Virus record (IMG/VR): IMGVR_UViG_3300008255_000266
Span: 1-36,148 of that record
DNA from: a virus
Lineage: Duplodnaviria; Caudoviricetes
Length of the DNA stretch: 36,148 nt
Reading direction: 5' to 3' (one strand)
In this document: positions 1 through 8,435 of the stretch, in pieces
Layout of the letters: every line of letters begins with the position of its first letter
Position numbering within the stretch: the first letter of the stretch is position 1
Translations under genes and position numbers: made by a program
The notes under the pieces: generated by a model
The model's database searches: none
Seen by the model: the letters and a program-made list of their open reading frames with translations, nothing else
Told to the model about the DNA's origin: nothing

Positions 1-53
1 AAGTTGAAGAAATCAGTCGGAGTGGATTCGTTGACAGACGTGCTCTTGCTCAT
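1..53 (-). CDS. 5' part of a hypothetical protein running off the window (MSKSTSVNESTPTDFFN...)
   Basis: ATG at 53-51 preceded by an AAGGAG RBS; the frame stays open to the window edge. Confidence 0.5.
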   Translation of the reverse strand, partial: MSKSTSVNESTPTDFFN

Positions 54-66
54 GATCGGGTTCTCC

Positions 67-285
67 TTAGTTCAGTGGAATTCGGTTCGTTTCCACGCCT
101 TTGACGACGTAGGACTTGATGGTGTTTGGCCCGCGCCTCTCCGAGTGAATCCATATCCAGATGACGTCCCGCTGCGGATTGAAACACGAGTCGCATAAGC
201 TCCACCCATTGCGCGCCGGGGCTTCCCAGCACCAGCCGGTGCTGCCGCACAGCAAACACAACTGGAGGAGCTTACCTTCGATCAT
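67..285 (-). CDS. Small hypothetical protein with two CxxC motifs (possible zinc ribbon); start uncertain
   Basis: CLLC...CDSC within ORF 67..438; ATG at 285 chosen as start. Confidence 0.35.
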   Translation of the reverse strand: MIEGKLLQLCLLCGSTGWCWEAPARNGWSLCDSCFNPQRDVIWIWIHSERRGPNTIKSYVVKGVETNRIPLN

Positions 286-456
286 CAGGAAGCAGTCCGA
301 GTCACCCAATCGCCTCCAGCCAGCAATACGGGAACGGAATACAGGGCTGGGAAACTCCTCCGAACGGATGCCAACAAATCCTGCGCGTGCCAAAGGCTGG
401 TAGTGAGCGACCGCGCCACGGCCCTGTAGACCAATCAACCCATAGATCGCCGTCGA

Positions 457-798
457 TCACTTCCGGGCATCCCCAATAGTTTCTTCGTTGTTGATGAGCG
501 ATAGGTCGTTCGTCGAGCCTGATAGTCGGCTCGGATCGTTTGCCGCCCACGCAGGACGGGCAATTGGCTCCAGTGCCCCGTTGCCCGAGGTTTTCTGATT
601 CGAGCGCAGGTCGTGGACCATGAAGAAGCCGCCCGTTTTCACAAGTCCTACCCACTCGGAGATCATTACCGGGACATCAACCCCTTCGCACCCGTCGCCG
701 TCCTCGAGAAGCATGATCCGATACATATTCGTGGTACCGCTCCGGCTGACCTGGAGACTGACCTTCATTGAAATCATCTGCTGAATCTGGGTAATCAA
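457..798 (-). CDS. Hypothetical protein
   Basis: TTG start with AAGGAG RBS, directly downstream of a sigma70-like promoter. Confidence 0.55.
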   Translation of the reverse strand: MITQIQQMISMKVSLQVSRSGTTNMYRIMLLEDGDGCEGVDVPVMISEWVGLVKTGGFFMVHDLRSNQKTSGNGALEPIARPAWAANDPSRLSGSTNDLSLINNEETIGDARK

Positions 799-818
799 AA
801 GTGTGCTCCTTTTGATAC

Positions 819-855
819 ACCATACCCGCTTGTTTGGGCGTGTGTCAAGTCAATC
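819..855 (-). promoter_or_regulatory. Sigma70-like promoter with GATTGACTTGACACA motif
   Basis: Minus strand reads TTGACA-18 nt-TATGGT, followed by AAGGAG and a TTG start. Confidence 0.6.
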
Positions 856-1469
856 CATGAACTCCAGCACGCGGTCGGCGTAGCCGTTATCGAATGAGCA
901 GGAACCGCTCTGCCACATACTGAGCGCGGTATGCACGGACCCGCACACGTCGACCCAATGAGCGAACTGCTGGGCAACCGTGTTGATCGCCTCATCCTTC
1001 GACGCGAAGTCAATTCCGGGACCGTAACCCCAGAAGTTGTTCGCACCATACAGGTGGACTCCACCAGACTCCTTCATGGCGATTGCCCACAGGATCCCGC
1101 GTGGTAGCCCGTGCTGGTCCTCCGCAGCGTGCATGGATGGTAAGTACAGAGATAACGGACCGTCGGGCGAGACGGGCACCACGTGGGGCGTGGGGGGCAT
1201 TGCCGCCGCAACTACAAGAGGGGGAGCGACCGTGGCCGTGGAAGTTGGTACGAGCACCGCCGCGCGGGTCGGCGTGGGCGTGGTTGTCGGTGTGTTCGTT
1301 GCGGTCGCAATCGAGATGGACACCTCGAGGATAGGGCCGTCGCTGTAGTCGACGATTACTCTCTGCGCAGGTATGCCCAGGTCCGTTTGTAAGACGTACA
1401 CCAGGAGGGCGCTGGACAGAAACAGCGCACCGAGGGCAATCCTCAGACGCCCGTACCTGTAAGTTTCAT
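850..1469 (-). CDS. Membrane-anchored lysozyme-fold muralytic enzyme (SLT/glucosaminidase-like); the natural start appears frameshifted by 1 nt
   Basis: C-terminal GLPRGILWAIAMKESGG...NNFWGYG motif with catalytic Glu; Thr/Pro-rich linker; hydrophobic signal-like stretch upstream of GTG 1401; the AGGAGG-ATG at 1469 is out of frame. Confidence 0.6.
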
Positions 1470-1480
1470 GGTGGTTCCTC

Positions 1481-1795
1481 CTACGTCAAGTCACCGGGAT
1501 CGTGAGATTTCACTGGCAGCGGGGTTGCGTTAGGGTTCACTGGCAGCGGGGTTGCGTTAGGGTTCGCCACCAGCGGCGTGTAGTTGGCGGATCGATTTGA
1601 CATCATCTGGGACGCTGAGGAACCCAACGTGTTTCCTGTTCCCATGCCTCCGAGCCCCAGCACTGTGCCCCAGTCCACGATGTGCAGTATGGCATCGGCA
1701 ATGATCGCGATGAGGAACAGGGTCAGGATGAACACGAACAACGCAATTAGCATGGCGAAGGTGTTCGACTCCAGTTCTCTCAGTACCCTTAGCAT
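1481..1795 (-). CDS. Membrane protein with Pro-rich repeat tail (lysis-cluster accessory)
   Basis: Hydrophobic segment LIALFVFILTLFLIAIIA; start overlaps the upstream stop (TGATG). Confidence 0.6.
   Translation of the reverse strand: MLRVLRELESNTFAMLIALFVFILTLFLIAIIADAILHIVDWGTVLGLGGMGTGNTLGSSASQMMSNRSANYTPLVANPNATPLPVNPNATPLPVKSHDPGDLT
1509..1565. repeat. Perfect 27-bp tandem repeat, two copies, encoding NPNATPLPV
   Basis: TTCACTGGCAGCGGGGTTGCGTTAGGG at 1509-1535 and 1536-1562. Confidence 0.9.
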
Positions 1796-2031
1796 CAGGC
1801 GGGCGGCGGCGGAAGCACCGCCTTCAAATAGGGCAAGGAGTAACCAATGCCCGCCGCAAGGACGGCTGCGCCTGCACTGATGCCCCACATATTCAGATCA
1901 GTGACGGGATTCAAGGACAAGGTAACGAGCAACTGCATAAGCGTCGTTGCCGCGCCGACGAGGAACCCAAAAACTGCCCAAATAAGCGCCTGCCTTGTCG
2001 GCGAGGCCAGCGTTACCGTTCTTTCGTTCAT
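1795..2031 (-). CDS. Putative holin (two TM segments)
   Basis: 78 aa, two hydrophobic helices, GGAGG RBS, immediately downstream of the endolysin. Confidence 0.6.
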   Translation of the reverse strand: MNERTVTLASPTRQALIWAVFGFLVGAATTLMQLLVTLSLNPVTDLNMWGISAGAAVLAAGIGYSLPYLKAVLPPPPA

Positions 2032-2035
2032 GCTT

Positions 2036-3553
2036 TTACCCTCCCGTGTGGTGCCAGGTGTCACCGGTGGCGTCGCCTGCATTGATGTGCGTTTGCTGCG
2101 CGACTTGCGTGTTGCGCAGGCCCAGAGCGAAACTGAACCCTCGCCGCTGGCAGGCGAGAAGGGCGGGCTCCCCCGTGAGCGTGTAGGTTGGGCTGCCTGG
2201 CACAGCACGCCAGTTGTCGGGCGGTACGACCTGACATGGCACGGTGCCCGCCGGGAAGCCGCCTTCCACGCCGATCAAGTCCTCCCAGCCGGGGTAGCAC
2301 TCAATCTTCACGGCGTTGCCCGCCACGATGCTTTCCAGCCGAGCGAGTCTTTCGAGGTCTGCTGCCGACATTTCGTCCTCCATGAGCAGGGTTCGTGGGT
2401 CATAGCTTGCCCGGATATCGGTTGGGAAGTCGCTGTTCACGCACACCTGGAAGTGACAATGAGCACCGGCGGGTCCGGGCGGATCGACAACGCCGCTGTA
2501 CCCGGATCGCAGCACTACCTGGTCGGCTGTTACCCGCTGGCCAGGCGAAACCAATGCCTGGCCACTTCCGTGAGCAATCAGCCCATACAGGCCTGAGTCG
2601 TAGTGAATGCATACAGCAACCCCGAACGCCGGGACCATGATACCGCTGCCCAACGGCCACTCAGTCAGGCTGTTGACGAATGTAGTAACCGTGCCGGGTG
2701 CACACGCTACGAGATCCGCTCCGATGGGTGGCACGGTTTGTGCGTCTCGCCCTCGGTGAGGGTAGCCGGACGACACCTCGCCAAACTCCTGCGTGATAGT
2801 GGCGTCGTTGCCCCACGGCATACGTTCAAGAAACGGCGCTGGTGCTGGCATAACATCCCCCGGATTGAAAATAGCGCCAATCTGATACGCCGCACACGCG
2901 TCGCTGTACGGCCATGCCGGATTGTTCCCGAACAGCAGTTGCTCCATCTGTGCACGGCTGAAGTAGCAATCGCCGTGGTAGCCCCAGTTTGCACCCCACG
3001 AGTTGCGAATCACATACCGCCCGTCTAGGCAGAGGCCGTAGACACATACCTCATGTCCGCCCACGAGCGCCCCCGTGATGCTGACATTGCCTTGCCCGTC
3101 CGAGTTCAGCATTCCCTGGAACCACGGAATACCAATAAGTATCGGTCCCTGAGTGAGCAACCACTCGTCAAAGTCCTGCATCGAGGAAGCCCAATGATAC
3201 GAGCCCACCGCTGACTGTGATGCCACGACCTTCATCAAGGCGCGGCTGTAAGTGCCTTCGGTGTTCGGGATGCCGTCGATCTTCTTGCACTCACCGTACA
3301 GCCAGAACGCAAGGTTATTCGTAACCTGCTGCACAACCGGCTCCGCCTCTAGCCACGCGGCGCCCGCGAACGCCACGCACGCCCCGAGGTTGCCCTGGTT
3401 GAGCACATTATCAGGTGGCGTCCAGACCTTCGCTACCGGCAACTCAACAGGGGGGAGCGTGGCGAGCTTAGCGGCAAAAGTAAAGTTTTGATCGCGCGGA
3501 TCAAGCGGATTCGGTAATCGTCCAAATTTCAAATCGTTGGTGGGAGTGGTCAT
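2036..3553 (-). CDS. Putative endolysin: papain-like C1 cysteine peptidase + M23 peptidase + C-terminal domain
   Basis: C1 motifs NQGNLGACVAFA, GGHEV and IRNSWG; M23 motifs HRGRD, IAH and HCHF; flanked by small membrane genes. Confidence 0.8.
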   Translation of the reverse strand: MTTPTNDLKFGRLPNPLDPRDQNFTFAAKLATLPPVELPVAKVWTPPDNVLNQGNLGACVAFAGAAWLEAEPVVQQVTNNLAFWLYGECKKIDGIPNTEGTYSRALMKVVASQSAVGSYHWASSMQDFDEWLLTQGPILIGIPWFQGMLNSDGQGNVSITGALVGGHEVCVYGLCLDGRYVIRNSWGANWGYHGDCYFSRAQMEQLLFGNNPAWPYSDACAAYQIGAIFNPGDVMPAPAPFLERMPWGNDATITQEFGEVSSGYPHRGRDAQTVPPIGADLVACAPGTVTTFVNSLTEWPLGSGIMVPAFGVAVCIHYDSGLYGLIAHGSGQALVSPGQRVTADQVVLRSGYSGVVDPPGPAGAHCHFQVCVNSDFPTDIRASYDPRTLLMEDEMSAADLERLARLESIVAGNAVKIECYPGWEDLIGVEGGFPAGTVPCQVVPPDNWRAVPGSPTYTLTGEPALLACQRRGFSFALGLRNTQVAQQTHINAGDATGDTWHHTGG

Positions 3554-3651
3554 AAGATCACCTTTCGGTGACGCCAGAGCGTGAATAGCGTACCACCAAC
3601 CGACCCGATAGAAAGCCCAGCGATGAAATCATAACTCAGCCAAAGAATCAT
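3550..3651 (-). CDS. 33-aa single-TM peptide (MILWLSYDFIAGLSIGSVGGTLFTLWRHRKVIL)
   Basis: Below the ORF-track cutoff; ATGA overlaps with both neighbouring genes; hydrophobic core with a basic tail. Confidence 0.6.
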   Translation of the reverse strand: MILWLSYDFIAGLSIGSVGGTLFTLWRHRKVIL

Positions 3652-4160
3652 GACGAATTATCCTCATGGTCAGAGATGGGCGCCCGGTGCTCTTCCTTCT
3701 CCAGCGCGGCAGCGGACACCCTCACCGCTTCATCGCGCAGTCCGGTGATGTCAGATTGCAGTTGGTCAATCTTCGCCTCCTGCTTGTCGCTGTGGTCGTT
3801 CACGAGGACGTGTATCTCTTCCAGCGCAACCGCCGTCGAGGTCGCTTCTTCGCGGCTCAACATCACCCGCCAGGTGCGCCAGCCAAGCACAAGGGCCATT
3901 GCCAACGATGCTGCGGACCCGCCGTAGTAGTTCACCCACAACCTCGTTGGGCGGTGCATCTGAGTTGCCGTATGCGCGGAGTCGTAGGCAAAGATGGACC
4001 AGATGAACCCGAACAGGGCCAGCCACGCTACAGTCATGAGCGTGCTGCGTTGGTGCCCGTGCGCGGCCATCAGGAGAAACGGAACCGTTGATGTAAACAC
4101 CACGGCCCAGATGATGAGCGTTATCAGACGAATTTCCTCAACGAAATCAATGTTCGCCAT
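3648..4160 (-). CDS. Multi-TM membrane protein with C-terminal coiled coil
   Basis: Three hydrophobic segments followed by a heptad-like acidic tail; GAGG RBS before ATG 4160. Confidence 0.65.
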   Translation of the reverse strand: MANIDFVEEIRLITLIIWAVVFTSTVPFLLMAAHGHQRSTLMTVAWLALFGFIWSIFAYDSAHTATQMHRPTRLWVNYYGGSAASLAMALVLGWRTWRVMLSREEATSTAVALEEIHVLVNDHSDKQEAKIDQLQSDITGLRDEAVRVSAAALEKEEHRAPISDHEDNSS

Positions 4161-4329
4161 GGAGTTCCTCCCGTGCAAGATGTTCAACCAGTTCCTGCAC
4201 GGCCCTCGTAACGGCGTCGGCACGTACTATCGCTTCATCAACAGCCGCTACCAGCGCTGCATTATCTTTGGGTCCATTAGTTTGGCGAAGCGCTCGCGTC
4301 CACCTTCGCCACATCACCACCACCCCCAA
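4147..4329 (-). CDS. Small hypothetical coiled-coil protein
   Basis: Fills the gap between two coupled genes and overlaps both. Confidence 0.45.
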   Translation of the reverse strand: MGVVVMWRRWTRALRQTNGPKDNAALVAAVDEAIVRADAVTRAVQELVEHLAREELHGEH

Positions 4330-4604
4330 ACGCGAGAAGCAATACCCAACGCACTCAGGATACCACCAACAACAAGCGGCCAGTAATCACGGAGGAAGTG
4401 CGGGATTGCACGCAGCGTGGCAACGTCAGCGGCGCGCTGCGCACCTTTGCCCTGCGCCGTCAGGCGTTCCTCCCAAAGGATATCCACTTTTGGAAGGGCG
4501 GTACTCAGCACCAGCACGCTGCCTGCCAACTTGCCCACGCTGTCACTGAGATCGTTCAGCCGTGAGAGCAGAACAGCGATCAACCCATTTGCTTCGTCTG
4601 GCAT
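4314..4604 (-). CDS. Coiled-coil plus C-terminal TM protein (XhlA-like architecture, lysis cluster)
   Basis: GAGGTG RBS before ATG 4604; helical N-terminus and C-terminal TM YWPLVVGGILSALGIA. Confidence 0.55.
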   Translation of the reverse strand: MPDEANGLIAVLLSRLNDLSDSVGKLAGSVLVLSTALPKVDILWEERLTAQGKGAQRAADVATLRAIPHFLRDYWPLVVGGILSALGIASRVWGWW

Positions 4605-4702
4605 TGAACGCCGTTCACCTCTCCGAGTGCGGGATCGTTGTGCCCATACTCGCGAAATGTAAACGATTTGAGCACAAGTAGTCACGTTTGGCGCGCGTAG
4701 GG

Positions 4703-5176
4703 TCACGCCGACTCGTCGAGGTACTCGAGGAACGCACCCGCAAGAGGTGAGTGGTAGCCGCCCGCCTTCTCGGGCTTCGTGGCAATCGTGATCAGATCCT
4801 TGACCGCAAACGCATAGTTCCGCCCGGCGCGTTGTGCGGGGAGCTTGCCCCGGTCCCGCATGTTCGCCAGGTGGAACTCACCCACACCCAGGGCGCGTGC
4901 CGCTTGCCGAGTCGAGAGATACGGCTTGCCGTCGATCTTGGCGGCGGGGTTCTTGGCCTCGGTCTTGATCGCCGCGATGATTGCCCCCGTGTACAGGGCG
5001 TACGCGGCTTCAATCGCAGCTGCTTTGGTTAGGACCGCAGGATCCTGTTCGGCGTCGGGTATGTCGAGCACCCGTGCGTCCGTCGTCTTGAGCGCGCGCA
5101 GCATCTGCGGGCGTGCAAGCCCCACAAGCCGCCTGACGCGTTCCGGGGTAGGCAGAGCCAGGGTAACCTTGCTCAT
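4703..5176 (-). CDS. DNA-binding protein with excisionase/MerR-like (HTH_17) domain
   Basis: YLSTRQAARALGVGEFHLANMRDRGKLPAQRAGRNYAF. Confidence 0.75.
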   Translation of the reverse strand: MSKVTLALPTPERVRRLVGLARPQMLRALKTTDARVLDIPDAEQDPAVLTKAAAIEAAYALYTGAIIAAIKTEAKNPAAKIDGKPYLSTRQAARALGVGEFHLANMRDRGKLPAQRAGRNYAFAVKDLITIATKPEKAGGYHSPLAGAFLEYLDESA

Positions 5177-5310
5177 GACCGCCTCGCCCGCTGTCGGCCC
5201 CCACGTAGCGCTCCATAGGCCACAGCCGCCGTAACGCTCACTGCCGTGCCAACGATGATGATCGCCGCACTACCCGCAAGCGCCCACCAGATGATGTCAA
5301 TCGGTTCCAA
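5173..5310 (-). CDS. Small single-TM protein (45 aa)
   Basis: GGAGGA RBS and TTG at 5310; hydrophobic IIWWALAGSAAIIIVG; stop overlaps the next ATG. Confidence 0.5.
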   Translation of the reverse strand: MEPIDIIWWALAGSAAIIIVGTAVSVTAAVAYGALRGGRQRARRS

Positions 5311-5379
5311 AGGGATTCCTCCGTGCTGACCATGATCCGCGCAAAAAGATGACTTGTCAATTATGGCGATCTCGAGGAA

Positions 5380-5670
5380 GAGAGAAGAGGTATACAGGTA
5401 TACGTAAACATACAGTGTTTTACAGGTAACTATAGTGGGATCGGAGGAGAGAGGAGAAGAGAGGGAGGTAGGGGTATGGGGTATGGAGTGGGTAGGGATG
5501 GGGATCGCGCGTATGGTGTACGTATATGGGTGTATGTATGTATACCATGTATACATCTATCTCTACTGGTCCCCTCTCGCGCGCGTAGCATGGACGTTTT
5601 TTGCTGTATGTATGTATACACTGTATACATGCCCCACAGATACGAATCTCGGGAGATTCACGTATACAGG
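5380..5670. other. Putative replication origin with paired GTATAC iterons and a purine/G-rich tract
   Basis: GTATAC at 5390, 5398, 5540, 5549, 5614, 5623 and 5662; 26-bp direct repeat at 5531-5556 and 5605-5630; lies directly downstream of the primase-helicase. Confidence 0.65.
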
Positions 5671-5672
5671 GC

Positions 5673-8435
5673 TCAGTCGGACGGAGAGGATTCTGAGATA
5701 TCTATGAATTCGTGAGAGGGCACGGCAAGTAACCGCAGGTGCCCCGCTCCGTATACACGAGTGGGGTGGTCGGTTCTTTTCGCCCCGTGATCCTTGATCG
5801 CTTCCTGAATGAAGGCCGACCACGAGAAGCTCGCCTCGTGCCCCCGGCGCGACATCTGCCGTTCGTAGAACCCGAAAGTGGTGGCTTCGGACAGCCAAAC
5901 GTATACATCGTCGACGTAGCCAACAACGTCTCCGAACGAGGAACCAACCCCCGCTCCGCCGTTCAGTCGCGGAGCGAGGCGTGCCATCTGCGTACCAATC
6001 GCCTCGGTGACAACCGTCCGCAAAGACTCATAGGGAGACAGAGCCTTAGCCGCCTCAGCCTGATTTGTTGCCGCCTTGACCGTCTCCTTCCACCCCCGAT
6101 GGCTGAGTTCTTTGTACTGTTCCGCAAACGCCGGAACGCGCTCAATAAGAAACTGCTTGAACAGAAGGTCGGTCGCCAGCAAGGACGCGACGACCGACAC
6201 AACGCGCGGATGCTGCCGTCCGATGGCTGAGTCCTCGGCCTCTTTGCGGAGATGGACGTGACCCTCGCTGATACGCCGCCGCAGCGTTACCTGACCTTGC
6301 GTGGTCAACCACTGCAGCCATTCGTAGCCGAGCGCGCCGATGCACCCGTTGATCGCCATCAGTTGCGCGTCGCCCAGAACGTGCGTGTCCACAGAGTCCT
6401 TGTTCACGTCCACTACTATCGTACGAGCCATCGCCGATTGCTGACTGTCCCACACATCCTCCCCGGTAGACACAACGAGCGAGCGAGGGATCAGGAGCTT
6501 CTGTTCCTTCTGGTTGCGATCAAGGCGCGACCGCGCGGTCCCGTCCGCGTAGTTCTGTACGAGCCGGATCACCTCGCCCTTCTGGTCGCGCTTGAACATG
6601 CTTACCTTGAAGTCGTCTACCAGCAGAGGAAGGTCGCGTACCCGGTGCATTGTTGCCTGGATCGAGTTCGTTGTCCCGGTCCATGAGTCTATGTGGTCAT
6701 CCTGTTCATTCACGAATCGTCCGTACAAGGACAGCGCGCACCGGCACATCGTTGTCTTGAACGAGCCCGTCTTGGCAAACAGATGAACGATTGACCGGGA
6801 CACGCCGAGCGACGCCATCGGCGCGGCCCACATCTGCGCCATCAGAGGAACGACGATTGCCGGTTCCGCCACGGTGTACAACGTGTGAAGAACGTCGGCA
6901 AAGTCGCAGTCCGCGCGCGGTTGTACCCCGTGGCCGTATTGCATCAGCCTCTCCGGAGGATTGACGGCCTCGAACTTGATCGTGTCGTCGAACCCGCCGG
7001 GCGTGATTGCTCCTGGGGCGGAGGGCAACAAAAAGGCGTCAAGGTCTCCTACCCACCCGGACGCTGAGTAAGACTGACGGTGAGCCGCCTTGCCAAGCGA
7101 ATAGTATTGCAACCCGGTGAAGAATCGCGGCCACTGATCGTGCTCAACGATGTGGTCCAGGGGCAACGCCTCCTGCACCATCTGATGAAACCGCATGGGC
7201 GTTGACCTATCGTCTGGCGTAAGGCGCACGGTTGCGTTACCCAGATGAGCTACCCAGTCCTCGTGCCCGTCGTTCTCTGATCCATCCCACACGTTGAGGA
7301 CCTCAACCACAACAGGCTCGAAGTTACAGATACGTGTGATCGTTGGCTGGTTGCCGCGCATACCGCGATGAACGAAAGCGCCGTCCGCCCAGTCGTATGT
7401 CCGCTGCGCCGCCGGTTGCGCGGCCTGTACTTGCGGAGGCGGAGTGACGGCAGCGAGCGCTGCCGCCGCGTTCGCAATATCCTTCTGGGCCTCAGCGTAG
7501 GCTCTCACAACGAGTTCCCAATACCGCTGATTCGCATCCGCTCGCCCGACGAACTTGCGGTAGGCGACGCTGTCTACCTTCATAACCACGCCAACCATGG
7601 TCTCCTCGTCGAGCGGGAAACCCACGTCGGACGCTACTCGGAAGGCCTCGCAAGCGAGCGTAAACAGAGAGTCAGAACGATCATCCGTCGGATAGGTACC
7701 CGTCAGGAGCTGCCGTAACTTGAGCGCGTCCTGGGGCACCGCGAAGGGTATGTCGCACGGTGAGACGGGCCCACGTGCGTCCACGGACACGGTCGCAATC
7801 CGATCGGCGACGGAGATGTCAACGAGACCGAACAACCATCGGGCGAGGTCCTGGCCATCGCCCTCGTACAGCGGTATGTCGCCGCCGTCCTCGTATGGGT
7901 TTCCGTTCAGCCAACGGTAGCATCCGCTTAGGTGCAGCGACGGCGGGACGGCAACATACGCCCCCGCCGCGCGCACTTCACCAAGCGTGCGTCCGTCCTT
8001 TGTCTTGATCTTGTGGGTGGTTGTGGGTTTCTCTACGTGACCGTGAAGATGCCCGCCTCGCCGTGTGACCGTGACCGCCGCGCCGGACCCGCGCAGGCCG
8101 ATGTCCGGTTCCATGAGCGCGCGGGCGCTCGTTGTGTCGTCGATGTCGATCGCTATCTCGGTTGCCGAGGTAGCCATGCCGATGTTGATATCGTCCGGCC
8201 ACGATTCGATGATTGTTAGGTCAGACGTTGCGTCGTTGACCCCTCGGCGAACAAGGTCCTCACGGGGATGCTTACCGGCGGATCGGCACTCGGGATCTCC
8301 ACACGCGCATCCCGGCGAGCCATCCTCGTTCGTGATGATGGTGTACAGGGGGAGGAGCCTTCGGCCCGCCAGCGCGTACGTGCGGATCAGGGCGAACGTC
8401 TCTGGTTTCATGCCGCGCCGGTTCGCATTCTCCAT
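5673..8435 (-). CDS. Bifunctional primase-polymerase (AEP) fused to a DUF927/Cch-like helicase
   Basis: CACGDPECRSAGKHP, IDID, GGHLH and GAYVAVPPSLH in the N-terminus; Walker A-like AKTGSFKTT and Walker B LLVDD. Confidence 0.85.
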   Translation of the reverse strand: MENANRRGMKPETFALIRTYALAGRRLLPLYTIITNEDGSPGCACGDPECRSAGKHPREDLVRRGVNDATSDLTIIESWPDDINIGMATSATEIAIDIDDTTSARALMEPDIGLRGSGAAVTVTRRGGHLHGHVEKPTTTHKIKTKDGRTLGEVRAAGAYVAVPPSLHLSGCYRWLNGNPYEDGGDIPLYEGDGQDLARWLFGLVDISVADRIATVSVDARGPVSPCDIPFAVPQDALKLRQLLTGTYPTDDRSDSLFTLACEAFRVASDVGFPLDEETMVGVVMKVDSVAYRKFVGRADANQRYWELVVRAYAEAQKDIANAAAALAAVTPPPQVQAAQPAAQRTYDWADGAFVHRGMRGNQPTITRICNFEPVVVEVLNVWDGSENDGHEDWVAHLGNATVRLTPDDRSTPMRFHQMVQEALPLDHIVEHDQWPRFFTGLQYYSLGKAAHRQSYSASGWVGDLDAFLLPSAPGAITPGGFDDTIKFEAVNPPERLMQYGHGVQPRADCDFADVLHTLYTVAEPAIVVPLMAQMWAAPMASLGVSRSIVHLFAKTGSFKTTMCRCALSLYGRFVNEQDDHIDSWTGTTNSIQATMHRVRDLPLLVDDFKVSMFKRDQKGEVIRLVQNYADGTARSRLDRNQKEQKLLIPRSLVVSTGEDVWDSQQSAMARTIVVDVNKDSVDTHVLGDAQLMAINGCIGALGYEWLQWLTTQGQVTLRRRISEGHVHLRKEAEDSAIGRQHPRVVSVVASLLATDLLFKQFLIERVPAFAEQYKELSHRGWKETVKAATNQAEAAKALSPYESLRTVVTEAIGTQMARLAPRLNGGAGVGSSFGDVVGYVDDVYVWLSEATTFGFYERQMSRRGHEASFSWSAFIQEAIKDHGAKRTDHPTRVYGAGHLRLLAVPSHEFIDISESSPSD

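Noticed and set aside
67-798. ORFs 457..798 and 67..438 share a frame separated by one TGA (possible readthrough or recoding)
   Set aside because: TGA is the normal coupled stop throughout the window, and an alternative small ORF starts at the overlapping GTGA; there is no support for readthrough.
1509-1565. 27-bp repeat as a possible CRISPR array
   Set aside because: Adjacent copies with no spacers; it is an in-frame coding repeat.
5311-5715. Several Tyr/Val/Thr-rich ORFs across the origin region
   Set aside because: Translation artefacts of the GTAT repeats, with no RBS.
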